In this document: positions 41,586 to 49,139 of the stretch, one piece after another
How positions within the stretch are numbered: the stretch's first letter is position 1
How the letters are laid out: each line of letters begins with the position of its first letter
Source of the DNA: an uncultured Gammaproteobacteria bacterium
GTDB lineage: Bacteria; Patescibacteriota; Patescibacteriia; UBA9934; CAZDDW01
DNA: 64,000 nt
Reading direction: 5' to 3'
Assembly: GCA_964504365.1 (NCBI GenBank)
Contig: CAZDDW010000001.1
Location: 132,293-196,292, forward strand
Notes under the pieces: generated by a model
What the model was told of the DNA's origin: nothing
Databases searched by the model: none
The model's input: only the letters and a program-made list of their open reading frames with translations
Made by a program: the position numbers and the translations under genes

Positions 41586-42103
41586 CTAATTCGTCGGGAG
41601 GGGGGTGGTGTGGTTGGTGGACTCGAGAAGGTCGTTCAGGGCCTCGATCCGTTCTTGCAGTCGCTCGATACGCTGGACGCGCTCGGGTTCGTGCAGAGCG
41701 GCTTCGTAGGTTACCATCTCGTACTCGGTCTCGTAGGTCCGCGGGTTGGTGCCGGTCTGCTCGCGGCGATCGCCGTAGGTCAGGTTCAGACGCTGCCAGA
41801 AAGCGATCTCGCCAGCCAGCTCGCTCTTCAGGCGAACGGCCAGGGTCAGGCTGATCTGGCGGTCCTCGAACTCGATCGTCGTCGTCGCGTTGGCCTCGGC
41901 GATGCCGGCTCGCAGGCTCATCAGCTCCTCGACCAGCTCCTGGCGCTGGGCGACCAGATCGTCGAAGACGAACTCTGGTTCCAGGTCCTGGCGCCAGCTG
42001 ACGTGGGCCTCGGACGCTGGGTGATGGTACTGATGCGTCCCTCGATTCGGCTGGCGTTGCGCAAGGCCTGGGCGATGGTCAGGGTGGTCTGGGTGGCGGT
42101 CAT
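41586..42103 (-). pseudogene. DIP1984/DUF6847-like coiled-coil gene with one frameshift near 42013
   Basis: Joining the frames gives LTIAQALR...RI...EPEF..DDL......LVEEL..LR..I..AN.TT......LTLA...ALNDLLESTNHTT.L, the DIP1984-family pattern. Confidence 0.6.
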
Positions 42104-42228
42104 GTCAATGTCTCCCTATTGGGTGTTGAAGGTTCGTTCCCATCACAGAACACGATTTAGATCATGGGCTATGATGGGTGGCTCTGAGCCGCAGAGCGTG
42201 CCAGCAAGGACTGCTGGACTTTGGTGGG

Positions 42229-42489
42229 CTAAAGGTGGAAGAGGGTTTTCCACTCGCCGTCACACCGTTTCTCGACGTAGTGTGAGGTCTGGACGTGACT
42301 CCCGGTCACCGGGTCCTCGTGGTAGTCGTGAGGAGGAGTGTAGAATCCCGATGTCTCGAAGCGGTCCCTGCCTGGCGTTTTGTCGAATTTTCCGCGCCAC
42401 AGCACTTGGCAAGTCCCTTCTGTACAACCGGAGCCATCTCCTTGGTAAAGGTGGTAGGTGAAAGTTCGGCGGACAATGCGGAACAACAT
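42229..42489 (-). CDS. Array cassette orphan gene (86 aa)
   Basis: SD GGAG, ATG 28 nt from repeat 6. Confidence 0.65.
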   Translation of the reverse strand: MLFRIVRRTFTYHLYQGDGSGCTEGTCQVLWRGKFDKTPGRDRFETSGFYTPPHDYHEDPVTGSHVQTSHYVEKRCDGEWKTLFHL

Positions 42490-42556
42490 AGGAGACTCCG
42501 GTGGATAGGGATGATTCCCATCACAGAACACGATTTAGATCATGGGCTATGATGGA

Positions 42557-42864
42557 CACCCGGCACGTATTGCCAGGTGGAAAGAAGTTGGGGAAGACAC
42601 GCTATCAACCCGGAATGGTGATGATCCAGGGTACCCTGGATTTACGAACGCCGACCAAGGCGCCATCACCTTACGTCACTCTGGTGCACCTCTTCCGTCG
42701 AAGAGAGTGCTTATACCCATCAGAGCATGGGGTCCCATCAGCGTGAGCTGCGGGAGAGCAAGAACTCTTTAGACGCTTCGAGTGCTTGCCGGGGTCCGTG
42801 TGTTTGGTCGATGGTGGTCACCTATCTGGCCGACACACCCACACCACCCCTGGATATTTAATGT
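42557..42864 (-). ncRNA. ORF-less structured cassette, putative ncRNA
   Basis: No convincing ORF on minus strand; palindrome ATCCAGGGTACCCTGGAT; hairpin GCACCTCTTC/GAAGAGAGTGC. Confidence 0.4.
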
Positions 42865-42944
42865 CCCATCACAGAACATGATTTAGATCATGTGCTCTGA
42901 TGGGGTGCCCAGATAACTGGGCAGAAGTGGAGCGGTGGGTAGGC

Positions 42945-43139
42945 CTAGGCGGCCTGTGGGAGCTCCTGGGGCGGGGTCTCGCGGCGCTCATCGGGCTGAC
43001 CCGGGCGGCGCAAGATACGGACGTAGGGCTGTGCGGGGCTGGGCTGACGCGACTCGGCACGCAGCTGTTGAGGCGAGGTGGTGAACCAGGCTCGAAGTCG
43101 GTGTACGTTTCCGTAGCAGTTGGTGTTGAAGTTGCGCAT
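42945..43139 (-). CDS. First array gene, 64-aa orphan
   Basis: SD AAAGGGGA before ATG 43139. Confidence 0.55.
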   Translation of the reverse strand: MRNFNTNCYGNVHRLRAWFTTSPQQLRAESRQPSPAQPYVRILRRPGQPDERRETPPQELPQAA

Positions 43140-43479
43140 TTGCTGTCCCCTTTGTGTGTTGAACGAACATTCAGTTTTACCCTGAACGCTGATCACCTCC
43201 TGGCCTTCTCTCCAAAGGTCAGTGCTGGTGAGGTGAATCAGTCTTCAAGGTAAAATAAGTTGTAATGTCTTGATTTGCCTTGGCCAGATCGTCGCTGTGT
43301 GTTCGTAAGCTCTGCTCGAGCTTATTACCTCCTGGAATCAGATTGAACCGACTGGCGATAGATCTAGTGGTTCTTATCAAGCATGGAGCTAAGAACCGCT
43401 ACGCATTTAGGCAAAATAAAACGATGCTAGTGAGTATGTGGCTTGCTGGAGCCACAGATCGACCAGCATCGAACAAAGC

Positions 43480-43508
43480 ATACTAGCATGGATTTAAAAA
43501 CTTGTCAA
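43480..43508 (-). promoter_or_regulatory. Sigma70 promoter pointing into the array
   Basis: Minus strand TTGACA-17 nt-TAGTAT with extended -10 TG. Confidence 0.7.
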
Positions 43509-43613
43509 GCCCTGGTGTACAAACCAGGTTTTTTTGTAGATTATTTCGCTAAATTTAGGTAAGTCAGATAAAAAAATAGGTCCAGGCATGCCGGACAAGG
43601 TCTTGCTTTGGGC

Positions 43614-43642
43614 TTGACAAAATAGCCGTTTTATGCTATACT
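43614..43642 (+). promoter_or_regulatory. Divergent sigma70 promoter
   Basis: TTGACA-17 nt-TATACT with extended -10 TG. Confidence 0.75.
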
Positions 43643-43649
43643 TGCTTGT

Positions 43650-44163
43650 TCCTGTGAAAACCGTTGGATTTTGTTCCGGGATCTATCTCGGCTTAATCTG
43701 CTTTTTTCGACAGGCTACCGTGAGGAGGATATATGAAGATGGGTGATTGATGACCGAGTTTCAGGGTTACAGCTTCACAAGATGGGCTGCGGCTAGATTC
43801 CACAATGGAGAACCAAGGAAAACGATCCTTTTACTGCTACGGGTAGCCCCCGAGTTGACAATGGGACAAGGCTGAGGTTTCCAAGCCGATCTGCCGGAAG
43901 ACGCCGGCGATCAGATCGCGCCAGTTAAGGGCGCAAACGATGACGAACAAAGGAGGGTGCAACGTGCACTCCTAAGTCGCGATAGGCGACATCTTCGACA
44001 CCGAAACCAGCCAAGCTCCGAATGTCAACAGTCCGCCAACGAAAGGAGGCGAACATGGGTGGCTAGCCCTCTTGGACCCGGCTCGGACGCGCACTTCAGC
44101 GCGTCCGGGTCGGGACCAGATACTCAATAAGAAAACCTGCCTAATGGCAGGTCTATTTGTTTT
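43650..44163 (+). ncRNA. Putative ~500-nt structured non-coding transcript
   Basis: Lies between a strong promoter and terminator ACCTGCC-TAAT-GGCAGGT; no long ORF; many GC hairpins. Confidence 0.5.
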
Positions 44164-44168
44164 CAAAA

Positions 44169-44909
44169 TTATTTGTTGTATTTATTCCAAAGCCCTTTTA
44201 GCAAAGCTCGTTGTGTGGCAGCAAAGTCCTTATTCTCAATAACAATCATGTTACCACCCTTTTCAAAACTGACCATAACCACTGTGTCGTCGTATACAGC
44301 AACGTCACCTTTGAATTCGCCAATGTCTTTTTTATCGACCTTGCAATAACTGACCATCTCTCGATTCCTTATTTTATCGCCTGAATGCATGAAGTATACT
44401 CTAACATTCTTTAGTTCCATTCCTTGTCTGGCTTGGTCAACTGTTTCTTTTGTAAAGTGTTTATAGAGTTCATCAACATTTGACAGCTCGTACATTTCCT
44501 TAGGTTTTTTTTTACATACATCATCAAAGAAAGCATAAAACATTTCTGTGCCTTGGAAAAAGCGGACCTTTGGCCGTTCGCCACCCGCCAGTAGTATCAG
44601 GTCATCTAGCTTTTTTTCAATTAAAGATACTTTATTTGAGAATTCAAGTTGCTGTCCTTGCAAGTGTTGAAGAAGTCGATCCGGCTCTTCAGCAACATAG
44701 AGTGTTTTTTTACCACGTTGGTAAGTAGAAAAAAGCTCTTTGCTTTTTAGGTTTTCGATTGCATCATAAGCTGCGGTCCGTGATAACTTGGCTGCTTTGG
44801 CAATGTCTTGAACACTGGCTGCGCCGAGCTTGAGTCCGGCTAGATAAGTTTTGGCTTCAGACTCGGTCATGCCGAGCGCGTGAAGGATTGAAGTAAAGTC
44901 AGTTGGCAT
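44169..44909 (-). CDS. TrmB-family HTH transcriptional regulator
   Basis: LGMTESEAKTYLAGL..G...V..IAK...LSRT..Y, PKVRFFQG. Confidence 0.85.
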   Translation of the reverse strand: MPTDFTSILHALGMTESEAKTYLAGLKLGAASVQDIAKAAKLSRTAAYDAIENLKSKELFSTYQRGKKTLYVAEEPDRLLQHLQGQQLEFSNKVSLIEKKLDDLILLAGGERPKVRFFQGTEMFYAFFDDVCKKKPKEMYELSNVDELYKHFTKETVDQARQGMELKNVRVYFMHSGDKIRNREMVSYCKVDKKDIGEFKGDVAVYDDTVVMVSFEKGGNMIVIENKDFAATQRALLKGLWNKYNK

Positions 44910-44997
44910 ATATTATTATTTCGATACTTATTTTACCTCATTCTTGACAATTCTGCCATATTCAGGCAAACTACGCCTCGTTAATAAGATTATATTT

Positions 44998-45723
44998 ATG
45001 GATACCATTACATTAAACGCTGAGCCACGTGAGGCTAAGGGTCGAGATACAAATGCTCTACGAGCAGATTCGATTGTGCCTGCTGTGGTTTACGGACCAA
45101 ACTCAGAATCAAGAAGTGTTCAGGTTATTCGAAATGAAGTAATTGCTGCTTTTCGACAGGCTGGACGTAGTTCTTTGGTTGATCTGGTGATTGGAGGAGA
45201 CAAGCCAGTTAAGGTGATTATTCAGGACGTACAACGCGATCCATTGAAAGATGACCTTACTCATATTGATTTTTATGAGGTTGATCTGACCAAGGAAGTT
45301 TCGGCTACTGTAAAGCTCGAGTTCATTGGTACTTCTGCTGCAGTTAAGGAACTGGGTGGAACTTTGGTCAAGGCTCGTGATAGAATAGAAGTGAAAGGTT
45401 TGCCAGACAGGCTGGTTGCTTCTCTCGAGGTTGATATTTCAAAACTAAATACCTTTGACGATGTCTTCCATGTTAAAGATATTGTTTTACCAGAAGGATT
45501 GAGTTTGGATATGGATGAGGAACGCGCGGTTGCCTTAGTTAACCCACCACGAACTCAGGAAGAAATGGAGAAACTGGATGAAGCAATTGAAGAAGAGGTC
45601 ACTGGCGCTGACGAAGATGAAGAGGGTGAAGCCAAGGAAGGTGAGGAAGGCGAGGCTCCTGCTGATGGTGAAGCCAAGGAAGAGGGTGACAAGCCTGCAG
45701 ACGGAGAGTCAAAGGACAAATAA
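44998..45723 (+). CDS. rplY: 50S ribosomal protein L25 (Ctc form)
   Basis: LR...VPAVVYG, QRDP...HIDFY, acidic tail. Confidence 0.95.
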   Translation: MDTITLNAEPREAKGRDTNALRADSIVPAVVYGPNSESRSVQVIRNEVIAAFRQAGRSSLVDLVIGGDKPVKVIIQDVQRDPLKDDLTHIDFYEVDLTKEVSATVKLEFIGTSAAVKELGGTLVKARDRIEVKGLPDRLVASLEVDISKLNTFDDVFHVKDIVLPEGLSLDMDEERAVALVNPPRTQEEMEKLDEAIEEEVTGADEDEEGEAKEGEEGEAPADGEAKEEGDKPADGESKDK

Positions 45724-45729
45724 ACTTCA

Positions 45730-46806
45730 ATGAAAATTCCAAAGCCGACACAATTGCAGTTGGTAATCATAGGAGCGGTGATGTTAGCAGTCGCCGCTGC
45801 TTTGATTTTAGTATTAATGCGCGAGCAGGTTTTGCCGTACTTTTCAGATCAGGCTGCTCAGTACGTAGAGCCACAGAACGGGACTGAAGTTTTGTTTCGA
45901 CATCCAATAACCGGGGAGCCGGCTTTTGAGGAGGTTGAGCGTCCAAGGTTATATGGGGTGATGGTTGAGAATATGGTTGAAGCGTGGCCATTGTCTGGAA
46001 TTGATCAAGCCTTATTGGTCATTGAGGCGCCAGTTGAAGCTGCAATCCCACGGCTGTTGGCTTTTTATTCTGAAGAGCAAGAAGTTGAGAAGATTGGACC
46101 CGTGCGTTCTGCGCGGCCGTATTACCTAGACTGGAGTGAAGAGCTTGAGGCTATGTATGTTCATGTTGGTGGTAGTCCGGCGGCATTGTCACAGATTGAA
46201 CACGATGACATCTTTGATTTAAATGAGTTTTATCGAGGTTGGTATTTTTGGCGTGGCTCTGATCGTTCAGCCCCTCACAATGTTTACACTTCGACCAAGA
46301 ATTTGGGTGAGGCTTATGAAGGTGAGAGTGCTTGGCGTACAGTTGGTCCGGCTGATTATGGCTTGTGGCAGTTTAAGAATGATGTTTCTGAGGACGAGCG
46401 GCCTGAGTATCAATTTGTGAGCATGAATTTTTCACCGTATTTTGGAGATTTGTATGAAGCGGGCTGGGAGTATGATCCAGAAACGAATGAGTATATTCGC
46501 TATCAAAGTGGATATGAGATGTCTATGTTAGAAGGTGGGCAGATTCGAGCCAATAATATTGCTATCTTAGAAACCGATATTGTTGTTTTGGATGAGATTG
46601 GCCGTCGGCAGATCACTACAGTTGGAGAAGGTCCTGCTATGGTTATTCAAGATGGACAGGTGGTTGTTGGAACCTGGGCCAAGTCTTCTGTGGATGAGCG
46701 ATTACGTTTCTATAATAACGAAACCGGCGCAGAAGTGCAGTTCAACGCCGGGGTAACTTGGATTGAAGTTTTGTCTAGTTTGGAAACCGTAGAGGTGGTC
46801 AATTAG
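45730..46806 (+). CDS. DUF3048 domain protein
   Basis: VMVEN, IGPVRSARPY, HVGGS, RSAPHNVY. Confidence 0.85.
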   Translation: MKIPKPTQLQLVIIGAVMLAVAAALILVLMREQVLPYFSDQAAQYVEPQNGTEVLFRHPITGEPAFEEVERPRLYGVMVENMVEAWPLSGIDQALLVIEAPVEAAIPRLLAFYSEEQEVEKIGPVRSARPYYLDWSEELEAMYVHVGGSPAALSQIEHDDIFDLNEFYRGWYFWRGSDRSAPHNVYTSTKNLGEAYEGESAWRTVGPADYGLWQFKNDVSEDERPEYQFVSMNFSPYFGDLYEAGWEYDPETNEYIRYQSGYEMSMLEGGQIRANNIAILETDIVVLDEIGRRQITTVGEGPAMVIQDGQVVVGTWAKSSVDERLRFYNNETGAEVQFNAGVTWIEVLSSLETVEVVN

Positions 46807-46809
46807 TAT

Positions 46810-47729
46810 TTAAAATTCACTGGCAATTATTATTCGATCAAGACCAGCCAGGTCTTTTTTTGTTTCTAGCTCTGCTTCAGGGAAATGGTGTTTGATAAGT
46901 TTGTTGGCTGCTGCGGTTTGTGATGGATCAATCTCGATTAAGATAAACAGGTTCTTTGGTAAAAGCGATCGGTGTTGTGCTAACTGTTTAAACAAAACCC
47001 AATAAACATCTAGGCCGTCACTGCCAGCTTCGAGTGCTTGTTTGGGTTCCCAGTCACGTACTTCGGGTTGAGCCTTTCCCATTGTTCAGTTGTCAGGTAG
47101 GGAAGATTGGCACAAAGGATCAGATTTTCTGGAAGCGGTTGTTTGATCTTCTTAAGTTGTCTGAACAGTTTGACGATTGGAACCAGAGTATCACCAGTTT
47201 TAAAATCGACAAGATCCGTGACCTTGTGCTCTTCGGTGTTCTGTCGAGCAATAGCCAGTGCTTCAGGGCTAATATCTGTAGCAATCACCGGAAGCTTGGT
47301 TTCAGCGGCCATAGTTACCGCAATTGCTCCGGATCCAGTTCCGATATCAACAAACCATGTGTCACCAGAATTTTCTTCAGATATCTCAAGAACGTTTTCG
47401 ACCAACACTTCGGTTTCCGGTCGTGGAGTTAGTACAAAACGATTGACAGCGAAATCGCGTTTGAAGAATTCTTTTTTACCAATAATCGTGGCTACTGGCT
47501 CATGCTTTAGCCGGCGTTTGATCATGCGTTGGTATAAATCAGCCTTCTTGGCCGGAACGTCTTCATTTAAGTGGGTGAATAAATAAGATTTGGATTCATC
47601 AAGTACATGCGATAACAAAATTTCAGCATCAAGCATGGGCGAGTCCAGCTTGTCGCCTGTGAAAGCATCAATATCTCGGTGCCCCTTTAATTTGTTGTTG
47701 CCCCATTCAAGGAGTTCTAGGATAGTCAT
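46810..47729 (-). pseudogene. prmC: Release factor glutamine methyltransferase PrmC, split by a single-base frameshift near 47076
   Basis: VLTPRPETE, DIGTGSG, ANLPY in one frame; EPKQALEAGSDGL...KKDLAGLDR in another. Confidence 0.85.
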
Positions 47730-47894
47730 GGCAATATTAAAGCACGATTAGGGAAAAAGAAAAAGGCGCCCGGGAGTTGGGCGCGAAAGGAAGGTGGGCC
47801 ACCAGACAGGGCTTAGGGCAGAGGTCGGAGGCGGGGGTCGATCCGCCCAGGGGCCCTGGCGGCATCTGGTGACCCACCGCAAGTTGTATTGATA

Positions 47895-48449
47895 CTATAT
47901 CGTTGATCCGGAATAGATGTCAATCAGGGCCAGTTCACCTGGTTGAATGACGATTTTTTGTGGATCAGGAGGCACATTTCCGTTGAACAGAATGGTCGGT
48001 CTAGGAGGTGGCTCGGGTTGGTCTGAGATGATGTAGGTCAAGCGACCGGCTTCCATGAAGAATTCGATCTGCTCCCCAGGTCCACATTCCTGTGTACCTT
48101 TAGTCTGAGTGAGTAAGTCAGGCCAGAACAGGAACCGAGGCATGGTTGGATCGTGCCTGATCACACATCGATCGGTCCTTCCAGCGTGTAGCCAATCAGT
48201 TTCGAAACGTATACGGTAAGTACCTGGAGGAATGTTCAGCTGCTGGTCCTTGTCCAGTAACAAGCGGACCCCGTCTCCGAGAAGCCAGTATTTGCCGAGA
48301 ACGTCTTCGAAGATGAAGGTGTCGACATACAGGGTGGCCAACGGCTGTTCGGTTGCGGTTTCATTGGATGGCCCTGTTTGTGCAGAAGCCATGGCAGTGA
48401 TCATGATTGTCAGGAGCAATAAGCTGATTTTGATCAGCGGGCTGTGCAT
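47895..48449 (-). CDS. Secreted orphan protein
   Basis: Signal peptide ending AMASA; overlaps the upstream gene end. Confidence 0.65.
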   Translation of the reverse strand: MHSPLIKISLLLLTIMITAMASAQTGPSNETATEQPLATLYVDTFIFEDVLGKYWLLGDGVRLLLDKDQQLNIPPGTYRIRFETDWLHAGRTDRCVIRHDPTMPRFLFWPDLLTQTKGTQECGPGEQIEFFMEAGRLTYIISDQPEPPPRPTILFNGNVPPDPQKIVIQPGELALIDIYSGSTI

Positions 48450-49138
48450 TGTGACCCCTTTGTCGATACGGCTTGTTCAGCTGTTTCTAGTTCTTGTGCT
48501 GTACCGATTGGACACCAAAATGTAGCACGTTCAACATGGGCGGTCAAGTCTTGGGCCATGTCGATTAGGGTGTGTGGAAGGGAATATTCGGTTTTGTTGT
48601 GCACGATAATTTCGTGCAACGGTTGTTCAAAGAAACGCATATCAAGCATGTAGGCGCCAGTGTTTCTGAGGATAGGTTTGTCTGCTGGGAGATTTGTTTC
48701 AATCCCAAGTAAGCCATCTGTTTCATCGACCAGAATCGAGGACGGGGCCGGGCCAGTTGCTTCGGCCACAAGCATGGCCAAGGGGTGTTGGCTTAGTTGT
48801 GTCAGATCTTCTTTCGAATACAGATCGTCACCATTAACGACTAAGAACGGTTCGCTAACGCGTTCTTTGATCAGATGGATCGCTGATCCAGTGCCATTCA
48901 GTGGTGCCTGTTCGATATATTCGATCGGGATCCCGTTCCATGACTCGCCCAGGTATTCGGTGATCTGTTCTTTTAGATATCCAACAACGACCACGATCCG
49001 GTCAACTGAATCTGGTAGTGATTCTAAGATATGAACAATAATCGGCTTTCCACCGACTTTGATCATTGTTTTGGGAGTTGTTTCAGTGTGTGGTCGAAGC
49101 CGAAGGCCCTGACCAGCAGCTAAGATTACTGCGAGCAT
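48434..49138 (-). CDS. Sugar-phosphate nucleotidyltransferase family protein
   Basis: LAAGQGLRLRP...PK, GTG, NGDD. Confidence 0.88.
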   Translation of the reverse strand: MLAVILAAGQGLRLRPHTETTPKTMIKVGGKPIIVHILESLPDSVDRIVVVVGYLKEQITEYLGESWNGIPIEYIEQAPLNGTGSAIHLIKERVSEPFLVVNGDDLYSKEDLTQLSQHPLAMLVAEATGPAPSSILVDETDGLLGIETNLPADKPILRNTGAYMLDMRFFEQPLHEIIVHNKTEYSLPHTLIDMAQDLTAHVERATFWCPIGTAQELETAEQAVSTKGSQCTAR

Positions 49139-49139
49139 A

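Larger units (their letters stand above)
39804..42904. repeat. Array of seven 40-bp imperfect palindromic direct repeats separating gene-sized cassettes
   Basis: Copies at 39804-39843, 40212-40251, 40844-40883, 41238-41277, 42139-42178, 42517-42556, 42865-42904; consensus CCCATCACAGAACACGATTTAGATCATG(T/G)GCT(C/A)TGATGGG. Confidence 0.97.

Noticed and set aside
41490-42461. 323-aa plus-strand ORF
   Set aside because: Antisense shadow of GC-rich minus-strand genes; it runs through repeat 5 and has no SD or recognisable motif.
39771-42531. Longer ORF-track starts inside the repeats (39830, 40219, 40851, 42531)
   Set aside because: These starts arise from the repeat sequence itself; SD-supported ATGs lie 28-36 nt downstream of each repeat.
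39804-42904. CRISPR array
   Set aside because: Inter-repeat segments are 308-861 bp, unequal and contain whole genes; no cas genes in the window.
39804-42904. Canonical integron/attC array
   Set aside because: No RYYYAAC...GTTRRRY ends, fixed 40-bp near-identical sites, and no intI nearby; an integron-like mechanism is kept only as a hypothesis.
43933-44120. tmRNA, because GCAAACGATGACGAA resembles a tag start (ANDDE)
   Set aside because: The frame does not end in a short hydrophobic tag, and no tRNA-like T-arm or acceptor ends are recognisable.
43650-44130. RNase P RNA or tracrRNA
   Set aside because: No GAGGAAAGUCC-type P4 signature; similarity to the repeat is limited to about 6-8 nt (GATGGG).
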